In this document: piece by piece, positions 8,758 to 15,907 of the stretch
Numbering within the stretch: position 1 is the first letter of the stretch
Layout: every line of letters starts with the position of its first letter
DNA from: Promethearchaeota archaeon Loki_b32
Lineage (GTDB): Archaea; Asgardarchaeota; Lokiarchaeia; Sigyniarchaeales; SOKP01
Reading direction: 5' to 3'
DNA: 24,000 nt
Assembly: GCA_005223125.1 (NCBI GenBank)
Contig: NJBH01000011.1
Span: 77,055-101,054 of the forward strand
Made by a program: the position numbers and the translations under genes
Notes under the pieces: model-generated
Told to the model about the DNA's origin: nothing
What the model saw: only the letters and a program-made list of their open reading frames with translations
The model's database searches: none

Positions 8758-9471
8758 ATGGGTATTCGTAAGATAGAAGATGAGATTGATTTAAAAGAAG
8801 CGATGAAAAAAAAAGCAACAGAGCTAAAGATGAAAGATATGCAAGCAAAAGCCTCTGTTGAAAAATTTACGAAAGATAAGCTTAGAGAATTAGCTAAGCA
8901 ACATGGTATTTTATTAGCTCTTACACCAGAATTAAGACAAGAAGTAAAAGAGTTGCAGAAAAAGTACAATATTCCATCTTCAAAAATTATTACTGAACAA
9001 ATTACTGAGCATGACGTATTGAGAAAATTCTCTAAAATTGATTACCAAAAATTGGGAATGTTAGCATATCAGAGAGTTTTAATGAGTAAAGAAGAAACTG
9101 GAGGAATAATCCCTTTATCAGAAGTGTTTGAATTAGTGAGTACTGGAATCTTGAAAGGCAATCTTGATGTGAAAGATGTGGAAAAATCTTTAAAACTACT
9201 GAAGAAAACAAGAGTTATTGAAGACGTAACTGAATTAGATTCTGGTGCTATTATTGTTCGGTTTTTTCCGATTCAATATACAGGGGATGAAGCGAAAGTT
9301 GTTAATTTGGCTAAAGAAAAAGGCGTCCTTACTTTAGAAGATGTATGTAGTAATTTAAACTGGTCACAAGATCGTGCTATAAGAGCATTAAAGTCGCTCG
9401 AAATAAGTGGTATTACAAAATTTAGAGAAAATCTCTTAACAGGGAAACAATGGTATTTCCCATCATTATAA
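8758..9471 (+). CDS. ESCRT-II subunit, EAP30-domain protein (Vps22/Vps36-like)
   Basis: The EAP30-type core is GGIIPLSEVFELV ... KDVEKSLKLLKK ... DSGAIIVRF ... LTLEDVCSNLNWSQDRAIRALKSLEISGI ... KQWYFPSL. This corresponds to the two winged helices and the WFP(S/A)L tail of Vps22/Vps36. An N-terminal charged helix resembles the Vps22 helical extension. Confidence 0.8.
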   Translation: MGIRKIEDEIDLKEAMKKKATELKMKDMQAKASVEKFTKDKLRELAKQHGILLALTPELRQEVKELQKKYNIPSSKIITEQITEHDVLRKFSKIDYQKLGMLAYQRVLMSKEETGGIIPLSEVFELVSTGILKGNLDVKDVEKSLKLLKKTRVIEDVTELDSGAIIVRFFPIQYTGDEAKVVNLAKEKGVLTLEDVCSNLNWSQDRAIRALKSLEISGITKFRENLLTGKQWYFPSL

Positions 9472-9486
9472 TAATAGCATAATTTT

Positions 9487-10380
9487 TTATTCTAATTCAA
9501 TTTTAAACGCTAATTTTCCATTTTCTAACTTTAGGATTTTAGCTCTACGATTCTTTGCTAAAATCTTGAAAATCTCCTCCAAATCTTCAAGGGGAAGTGT
9601 ACTAAAATCTTCTTGTTTTGCTTCTCTTAATTCATATATCATAATAGGTTCGATTTTACCGTTATCATAAGCCCATTTCCATATCTCATCAGACCATACT
9701 TCAAGAGTTTTCCAGTATACTCTTAATCCTTCTTTTTTTTTTGATAACCACTTAGCTTGTTTTTGGCTAATTAATTCTTCAGCAATTTCTATTATATATT
9801 GTTCACGTTTGGTGAAATTTACAAATGGTTTATGTGTAATTACCTCTCTGGTGTATAATATATGAAGAACAGCAAATCTTACATAATCAAAAAGAACTTT
9901 TGCCCATTCTGTTTTCCATGAAATATAATCGTTTTTATTTTTATTTTTATCAGGCATTGTATACATGAATTTTTTCCTTTCTTCCTCTATCCATGGATAA
10001 GCAGTTAATAAATTTTCATAAGCAGTTAATTTTTTTTCTAATAAACCCTTTTCTCCGATAATTTCTTCTTCTAGAGTTTGCAATTCGGCTTCAACTTGCT
10101 CTGCATGCTTTTGATAAACTTTATGATCGATCTCTCCTAATTTTGAAGATAATATATCTTCTAGTTTTTCAAATTGATCTTCTATATAATCTAACTCAGT
10201 AGATTTAATTTCATCTTCTTTTATGATTTGCTTTTGAGCAGCTTCTATTTCTAACTGTTCTTTTTCTTGTTTTAATTTTCTTAATCTTGCTAATTCTTTC
10301 CTTAATTCCTCTAGCTCTTTTTCAGCTTGTTCCTTAACTTCTTTAGGAATTTCTGTAGATTTTTCTCTCTGTCTTTCCAT
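9487..10380 (-). CDS. ESCRT-II subunit Vps25-like, with long N-terminal coiled-coil extension
   Basis: The C-terminal ~165 aa is collinear with eukaryotic Vps25: YPW...ISWKTEWAKVLFDYVR ... HKPFVNF ... IIEIAEELISQKQAKWLSKKKEGLRVYWKTLEVWSDEIWKWAYDNGK...MIYELREAKQEDFSTLPLEDLEEIFKILAKNRRAKILKLENGKLAFKI. I prefer ATG 10380, which is preceded by a GAGGA-like site, over TTG 10392. Confidence 0.75.
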   Translation of the reverse strand: MERQREKSTEIPKEVKEQAEKELEELRKELARLRKLKQEKEQLEIEAAQKQIIKEDEIKSTELDYIEDQFEKLEDILSSKLGEIDHKVYQKHAEQVEAELQTLEEEIIGEKGLLEKKLTAYENLLTAYPWIEEERKKFMYTMPDKNKNKNDYISWKTEWAKVLFDYVRFAVLHILYTREVITHKPFVNFTKREQYIIEIAEELISQKQAKWLSKKKEGLRVYWKTLEVWSDEIWKWAYDNGKIEPIMIYELREAKQEDFSTLPLEDLEEIFKILAKNRRAKILKLENGKLAFKIELE

Positions 10381-10398
10381 AGTAATCCTCAAAATTTA

Positions 10399-11610
10399 TT
10401 ATACTTCTCCGAATTCCTCTGCCCAATCGTTATATTGTTTTAGTAGTGCTGGATGTGTCATTGGTTTTACTTTTTTGAGTGTTTTTTTGAAATCTTTCAA
10501 ATTAATATCTCTAACATTAACTTCTTTATTAGAATCTTCTAAAAGACCACTCATATCTAATTCACGTACTGGCAACATTATTACCTCACGACATACATTT
10601 GCAATATCTCTACCGGAATAACCCTCACTTCTAACAGCTAATTCAACGTAATCTTCATTGGATAATGCTGAATCTACTCCTTCAGTATGAATCTTAAAGA
10701 TTCCAGCTCTAGCTTTTAAATCTGGAAGAGGAACATGCACTCTTTTTTCAAATCTACTTAACATAGCATTGTCTATATCCCAAGGGCGATTTGTTGCCCC
10801 TAATACCAATAATATTTTGTCATGAGTTGATTTCAATCCTTGTATTTCACTTAATAACTGTGTTTTAACTCTTCGCTCGCCACCACTCTCAGAACCCTCT
10901 CCCCGTTTTGTTGCTACTGAATCTATTTCATCCATAAATATTAAACTAGGTGCTTTTAATCTCGCAACTTTAAACAAAGAACTGATTAATTTTTCACTTT
11001 CACCTAACCATTTGCTTAGTAAATCAGCAGAAGATGCACTAAAAAATGTAGCATTACATTCAGTTGCAGCTGCTTTCGCTAATAATGTTTTACCACATCC
11101 AGGAGGTCCAAAGAGTAATATCCCGGACCAAGGCCTTCTCGCTCCGGTAAATAATTCTGGTTTTGCTATTGGTAAAACTATAGCTTCTCTTACAGCTTGT
11201 TTAACATTTTCTAAACCTGCAATATCATTCCATTTTACATTAGGAGATTCTGTAACAATTGTACCCGATATCATATCTATGAGTTCTTGTTCTTCGGATG
11301 ATACTCCAGCTTCAGCTTTCGATTTATCATCACCCCCTGACACACCCGGTCTTCTAGAGAGTCTCGCGCTTCTAGGTCCACCAAGCTGAGATTTCAATAT
11401 TTTTGCGCGATCAACATATTCTTCGATATTTTTTTGACATAACATTCTCATCTGAGGGTTCTTATTATATTTCATAAATTGCATCAATATTTCAGCTGCA
11501 CGTTGATATTTGTTTATAGCTTGTCTGTATTTGCCCTGACTATCTAGAGCAACTGCCTCCTTTGCTGTCGATACAGCATATTGATAAAGTTTCGAATCTA
11601 CCGACGACAT
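10399..11610 (-). CDS. vps4: Vps4-type AAA+ ATPase (MIT domain + AAA + Vps4_C)
   Basis: N-terminal MIT-like three-helix region (AKEAVALDSQGKYRQAINKYQRAAEILMQFMKY...EEYVDRAKILK). Walker A GPPGCGKT, Walker B LIFMDEIDS, second region of homology GATNRPWDIDNAMLSRFEKRV, and C-terminal helix LLKQYNDWAEEFGEV. Confidence 0.93.
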   Translation of the reverse strand: MSSVDSKLYQYAVSTAKEAVALDSQGKYRQAINKYQRAAEILMQFMKYNKNPQMRMLCQKNIEEYVDRAKILKSQLGGPRSARLSRRPGVSGGDDKSKAEAGVSSEEQELIDMISGTIVTESPNVKWNDIAGLENVKQAVREAIVLPIAKPELFTGARRPWSGILLFGPPGCGKTLLAKAAATECNATFFSASSADLLSKWLGESEKLISSLFKVARLKAPSLIFMDEIDSVATKRGEGSESGGERRVKTQLLSEIQGLKSTHDKILLVLGATNRPWDIDNAMLSRFEKRVHVPLPDLKARAGIFKIHTEGVDSALSNEDYVELAVRSEGYSGRDIANVCREVIMLPVRELDMSGLLEDSNKEVNVRDINLKDFKKTLKKVKPMTHPALLKQYNDWAEEFGEV

Positions 11611-11628
11611 GATAACTTTATAAAAACA

Positions 11629-11706
11629 ATTTTATTATTTATAGCTATTCTAATTTAACAATCAGTAATATTAATAATTCTAACCGTATATATCAAATTT
11701 ACTCTT
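11629..11706. repeat. 78-bp direct repeat, copy L (pairs with 15738-15815)
   Basis: Ungapped hand alignment at an offset of 4109 bp gives 71/78 identical positions. Mismatches are at 11635, 11648, 11652, 11677, 11680, 11683 and 11685. The repeat begins 19 nt from the vps4 start codon. Confidence 0.9.
11636..11644 (-). promoter_or_regulatory. candidate TATA box of vps4 (ctataaata on the minus strand)
   Basis: It lies 25-33 nt upstream of the vps4 ATG (11610), the spacing expected for an archaeal promoter with a very short or absent leader. It is inside direct repeat copy L. Specificity is low in AT-rich DNA. Confidence 0.3.
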
Positions 11707-11910
11707 AGAAAGAAAGATAAAATATTCAACATTTATATTATTGACATATTTTAAATATAATGGAAGAAAAAGAAAAGAATTTACGCATGAACCTTTCTAG
11801 AATTCTGTTGTCAATTTAACAATTAAGTTTTATGGAATTATAAAATGTAATTATATATTTATATTTTTGAATTACCTTTATTATTTTAAAAGACAAATAT
11901 AAGAAGTGAA

Positions 11911-13101
11911 ATGGTAGAGTTCAAGATCAATAAATATATTACATTAAAACTTGAATGGAAAAAGACTAATATCTACGTAAATAACAGACTATTTAATCAG
12001 TGTAAATACATATTAACAAGAAAAAAGATCTCTGATTTAGAAGATCTCCTTGAAATGGAATCAGTCGATGAATTATCGGAAAGTTCAATAGACTCTTTTT
12101 TAGAGAATTCATGGGATGACCTTAGGGATTTTGAGCCTGAATTCATAGACATCCCAATAGAAACAAGATTCTGGGTTCATTGTTCAAATTTACAAGTCTG
12201 GGCAGAAAATAATTATGATACAAGATTACTTCATAGTAACCTCTCATTTCCCTTATTGAAGCGATTGGCGAAAGCAGGTGATCCTACTGCTAAAATGGTA
12301 TTCAAAGAAGAAATTGCTAAAAGATTTGCATCAAACTACCCTTCAGTGATAAACTTTCTCACTGAAAAGGGGTATGATGAATATTTGAGTAGGGAAGAGT
12401 TTTTTAATAGTATTCTTTCTAATAATCAAGCCGATACTATGATTGAATTAGAAAAAGTAGTGAATATGAGATACAGTCTGAATGATACTGTCAATAAACC
12501 ACTTAGGGAAGATAATGGAGAAGAAGTATACTTTGCTATAGATAATAGAAATGTCGTAGAACTTGAACTTTATTACAATGAAACACATCCAGAATATTTA
12601 TTAGATTTAATTCATAATTTCAATAAGCTAAAAGTACTATATTTATATCTTAGTGAATATACTGAAATATTTCCTAAAACATCACGGAAGTTCAATTCTT
12701 TGTTAGAATTAAAAGTTGCGATATATGGTTGGACAAAGATTCCAGATATATTTGATAAATTTCCAAATTTGAAGACTTTAGAGATTCATGGAGAAGGAAT
12801 TGTGAATGAACTAAATTCAATTACCAAACTCAAACAATTAGAAACCTTAAAACTGATCTATGTGAATATAGATAAGCTTCCAGACTCATTAGGAGACCTA
12901 AAATCGTTAAAAAATTTATTAATAAGTAATACAAATATTGATACTCTTCCAGATTCAATTGGAACCTTAAAAAATTTATCTTATCTTAGGCTATTAAGAA
13001 ACCCGTTAAAAGAATTACCGAGTTCAATAAAAAATCTAAAAAATCTAAAAAAAATAAAGTTAGATAAAAATCTTCTAGAAAATCTCAGACAAGAGAAATA
13101 A
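11911..13101 (+). CDS. leucine-rich repeat (LRR) protein with uncharacterised N-terminal domain
   Basis: The C-terminal ~150 aa consists of canonical LRRs (LKTLEIHGEGI..., LETLKLIYVNIDKLPDSLGDLKSLKNLLISNTNIDTLPDSIGTLKNLSYLRLLRNPLKELPSSIKNLKNLKKIKLDKNLL). The N-terminal 230 aa has no motif I can name. Confidence 0.8.
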   Translation: MVEFKINKYITLKLEWKKTNIYVNNRLFNQCKYILTRKKISDLEDLLEMESVDELSESSIDSFLENSWDDLRDFEPEFIDIPIETRFWVHCSNLQVWAENNYDTRLLHSNLSFPLLKRLAKAGDPTAKMVFKEEIAKRFASNYPSVINFLTEKGYDEYLSREEFFNSILSNNQADTMIELEKVVNMRYSLNDTVNKPLREDNGEEVYFAIDNRNVVELELYYNETHPEYLLDLIHNFNKLKVLYLYLSEYTEIFPKTSRKFNSLLELKVAIYGWTKIPDIFDKFPNLKTLEIHGEGIVNELNSITKLKQLETLKLIYVNIDKLPDSLGDLKSLKNLLISNTNIDTLPDSIGTLKNLSYLRLLRNPLKELPSSIKNLKNLKKIKLDKNLLENLRQEK

Positions 13102-13351
13102 TCTAATCCTCAAGAAAGATATCTCTTATCGTCTTATCGTATTTAGTAGTCCCATTCTTGATTTTATGCATATAATTTCTTATAATAACTACTTTTGAAT
13201 TCGTAAAATTAATTCTATAATAATATTCTCTATATATTATTCAATCTAATAATTTGATTTATAAATTAATTTAATAGAAAAGTTAAACTCTCAAAAAATA
13301 TATCAAAATTTATTAATTTTTGTTTAAAAAGTTTGGATTGGATACTATTCT

Positions 13352-14125
13352 ATGCTAAGTAAAATACAAAAAATTACTCTGGGTACTAAAGAGTGGGCAG
13401 ATAGCAATGTAAACTGCTACTTAGGCTGTTCAAATAATTGTCGATATTGTTATGCGAAAAAAATGGCAATAAGATTTAATAGGAGGACTGAGGATACGTG
13501 GAGAATAATGATCCCTAATCAAAAAAACATTAAAAAAGGGTATGCTAAGAGAAAAGGGAGGGTCATGTTCCCCAGTTCTCATGATATTACATATGAAAGT
13601 TTAGAAGGCTGCATTATTGTATTAGAGAAACTTTTAAATGCAGGAAACGATGTGTTGATTACTACTAAACCTAGATTAAAATGTATTAAAAAGATTTGCA
13701 GGCTTTTTTTTAAAAAAAAAGAATTAATCCAATTTAGGTTTACCATAACTTCACTTTCAAATGAACTATTAAAATTTTGGGAGCCCTTTGCTCCTTTATT
13801 TGAGGAAAGAATCAATGCATTGAAATTTGCATTTAATAAGGGTTATATGACTAGTGTCTCAATTGAGCCCTTTTTAGATGAAGACCCTTTTACCTTGGTC
13901 GAAACTCTATATCCTTATATAACTGAATCAATATGGATTGGGAAAATGAATTATGTTTTCACCAAGAATATAAAGTCTAAATTCATCAATTTTTATAACC
14001 ATATTGAAAAGATAAACTCTAAAGAAAATCTGTTAAGGATCGTAAAGAGAGCAAAAAATTATGATGAATCTATTATTAGAATTAAGGATAGCATTCATAA
14101 TTTTTTAAATAAAAACAATATATAA
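13352..14125 (+). CDS. radical-SAM-like three-Cys-motif protein (SplB/COG1533-like or phage Gp37/Gp68 DUF5131-like)
   Basis: The N-terminus KEWADSNVNCYLGCSNNCRYCYAKKMAIRF contains CxxxCxxC immediately followed by YA. This resembles both the DNA-repair-photolyase-like rSAM family (NPYxGCxxxCxYCYA) and the Gp37/Gp68 family (WNPxxGC...C..CYAxxMAxR). A TATA-like tttaaaaa lies ~25 nt upstream of the ATG. Confidence 0.65.
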   Translation: MLSKIQKITLGTKEWADSNVNCYLGCSNNCRYCYAKKMAIRFNRRTEDTWRIMIPNQKNIKKGYAKRKGRVMFPSSHDITYESLEGCIIVLEKLLNAGNDVLITTKPRLKCIKKICRLFFKKKELIQFRFTITSLSNELLKFWEPFAPLFEERINALKFAFNKGYMTSVSIEPFLDEDPFTLVETLYPYITESIWIGKMNYVFTKNIKSKFINFYNHIEKINSKENLLRIVKRAKNYDESIIRIKDSIHNFLNKNNI

Positions 14126-14291
14126 TAATTAAATCAAGATTTAAAATATTTAACAAAAAATTACTAAACTTATTATCATTGGGAAATTAAAACAATTATT
14201 ATTTTTAAATTCTATAAAGTAAAAATCGAATCTTTATGTCGGTTTTTGTCGGTTTTTATGTAATTTATACAATAATTACCTAATAATTTTA

Positions 14292-14299
14292 TTTATAAA
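14292..14299 (+). promoter_or_regulatory. candidate TATA box (tttataaa) for the TcmP-like gene
   Basis: It lies 26-33 nt upstream of ATG 14325, which favours that ATG over GTG 14301 as the start. Specificity is low in AT-rich DNA. Confidence 0.3.
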
Positions 14300-14324
14300 G
14301 GTGTTCCTTAACATTATTCATCAA

Positions 14325-15329
14325 ATGGCTAATACTAAGAAGAAAACCAATTTTGAATTTCATCTGCAAAATATAAAGAAGTTAGATAATGATTGGAGAT
14401 TTTTAGAAAAAATTCCAAATTTTCCTTATAAAAATCCAAATTTTTACTATTCTAGGGGTGATAATAGCGGATGGTGGATGGCTATCAAGCAAACCGCTTT
14501 CAGAGGATATATAACCGCATATCTCTCAATTTTGGGGAAAGTAAGTGACCGGAAACTTTATTTTATTGATCCTTTAAGTAGTTATGGTTTGGTTAGAGTT
14601 ACGAAAAATCAGGGAAAAGATAGATTTACATTCCCTGGTACTTCTATTAATGCTGAATTAATATCTAATCGTAAAAAAAAAGGATTTGATGGTTTTTATA
14701 TAAATGATTTAAAGCCTACAGAAAGAAAAATATTAAACGAGAGAATGTTGTCAATTAAAAATTATTATAAAAGTAATAGTGAAATCAACATTGACTTAAG
14801 TAACGATAGAATTGATTCTAATAAATGGCTCATTGATACAATGAGAGTTATCGATGAGGAAAATAGTTTTTATCATTGTTTGATCATAATTGATAATCAA
14901 GCTATGGATATCTATTATGATACTATTCAGCAAGTTAGAGAAATCAGTGAATTTAGTGATGTTATAATTACTTTTCAAGACGCTAATATTGCTCGAGCAG
15001 TTCCCTCAGGAACTCCAAAGATTAAGAAGTTTTTTGGATGTGAAATTCCCACTGACACAAAAGATCCAAGAAAAGTCTTATGTAATATATATTGTTCCCA
15101 ATTAAGCAAAGTTAATTTACCTAAAATTCAGAAAATGAAAGTGGCTTCTGAAAATAAATTTTACTATACATTATTATTTTGTTGTCGACAGAAAGCCACA
15201 GGAAAATGGTTTAAAATAATCAAATATTACAATGATGAAAGATTTAAGAACTTCACAGATAGAGATCAAAAAAGAATGTGGGACATTAAGGAAGGTAAAC
15301 AGCTAAGTCTTACTCATGATTGGAATTGA
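14325..15329 (+). CDS. TcmP-like (three-Cys-motif partner protein-like) hypothetical protein
   Basis: It lies immediately downstream of the CxxxCxxC gene on the same strand. The pattern W..IKQTAFRGYITAYLSIL......LYFIDPLSSYG, and later YYTLLFCC, matches my recollection of the TcmP family layout (K...L..YL..Y..IL....Y.D.F.G.G ... Y.L.F.S). Family membership is not verified. The ORF opens at GTG 14301. Confidence 0.45.
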   Translation: MANTKKKTNFEFHLQNIKKLDNDWRFLEKIPNFPYKNPNFYYSRGDNSGWWMAIKQTAFRGYITAYLSILGKVSDRKLYFIDPLSSYGLVRVTKNQGKDRFTFPGTSINAELISNRKKKGFDGFYINDLKPTERKILNERMLSIKNYYKSNSEINIDLSNDRIDSNKWLIDTMRVIDEENSFYHCLIIIDNQAMDIYYDTIQQVREISEFSDVIITFQDANIARAVPSGTPKIKKFFGCEIPTDTKDPRKVLCNIYCSQLSKVNLPKIQKMKVASENKFYYTLLFCCRQKATGKWFKIIKYYNDERFKNFTDRDQKRMWDIKEGKQLSLTHDWN

Positions 15330-15531
15330 AACGTTTTAATGATTTTTTACTATTATCCTCCTTTTTATGTTATGAAATTTGTATTATAATGTAAAAAAAA
15401 TTTCGATTAAAGAGTATCATATGACAATTTTTCCTATTTATTATTAAAATCTAATTCCCTTATTTATTAAATCATTAAAAGAACTTCATAAAATAAATAT
15501 AACATTAAGTTCATTCTTATTATTTGAGATA

Positions 15532-15738
15532 ATGCATAAAATTTTCTTTCGGAATCAAGGTCAAGGAAAAGAGATCTCATTATCTGAAGATCATCTTCTA
15601 AATATACTTATCAATGAGTTTCAATTTGCTAATGATATTGAAATTAACTTATGTTTGTTCGGGAATCTAGGGAATGAACTTTTTCTTGACCCTCACCTAG
15701 AAAGGAAATTAGAAAATGAAATTAAAGATAGAAGCTGA
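15532..15738 (+). CDS. hypothetical 68-aa ORF (doubtful)
   Basis: An open frame only, with no recognisable motif. Its stop codon abuts direct repeat copy R. Confidence 0.2.
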   Translation: MHKIFFRNQGQGKEISLSEDHLLNILINEFQFANDIEINLCLFGNLGNELFLDPHLERKLENEIKDRS

Positions 15739-15815
15739 TTTTACTATTTATAGCTAATCTTATTTAACAATCAGTAATATTAATAGTTTTATCAGTATAT
15801 ATCAAATTTACTCTT
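15738..15815. repeat. 78-bp direct repeat, copy R (pairs with 11629-11706)
   Basis: See copy L. It has the same orientation and ends 92 nt upstream of the ESCRT-III ATG (15908). It contains an identical copy of the tatttatag element (15745-15753). Confidence 0.9.
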
Positions 15816-15869
15816 TAAATGAATGAGAATAAAGAATGGTCTCCAAAAAATTAAATACCCATCATAGCA

Positions 15870-15877
15870 TTTATATA
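15870..15877 (+). promoter_or_regulatory. candidate TATA box (tttatata) for the ESCRT-III gene
   Basis: It lies 31-38 nt upstream of ATG 15908. Specificity is low in AT-rich DNA. Confidence 0.25.
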
Positions 15878-15907
15878 TTATATAATTACTAATTAGATTT
15901 GATAAAT

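Noticed and set aside
8748-8969. 73-aa minus-strand ORF over the start of the EAP30 gene
   Set aside because: It is antisense to the K/E-rich N-terminal helix of the EAP30 protein. A Cys/Ser/Phe-rich translation is what is expected from the complement of lysine/glutamate codons.
11012-11389. 125-aa ORF on the plus strand inside vps4
   Set aside because: It lies entirely antisense to the strongly supported Vps4 AAA+ coding region. Its translation is low-complexity (A/S/P/L-rich) with no motif. It is a typical shadow ORF of a higher-GC conserved gene.
11815-11825. Third partial copy (aatttaacaat) of the core of the 78-bp repeat
   Set aside because: It is only an 11-nt, almost pure A/T match, which is expected by chance at appreciable frequency in a 24-kb window that is ~70% AT.
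13124-13139. Tandem octamer tcttatcg x2 downstream of the LRR gene
   Set aside because: It is very short (16 nt), with no flanking structure or positional relationship to a start codon. It is most simply a slippage duplication.
11629-15815. Possibility that the repeat-bounded cassette is an intact integrative element or transposon
   Set aside because: Between the repeats I found no integrase, transposase or recombinase ORF, no terminal inverted repeats and no tRNA target. I report it only as a repeat-flanked insertion or duplication, not as an annotated mobile element.
15330-15907. Search for a ubiquitin-like small gene or ESCRT-I (Vps28/UEV) gene in the long spacers around the ESCRT genes
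   Set aside because: Hand translation of the spacers gave only very short ORFs, and the 68-aa ORF 15532-15738 lacks a ubiquitin-like pattern or a C-terminal GG. There is no support for such genes in this window.
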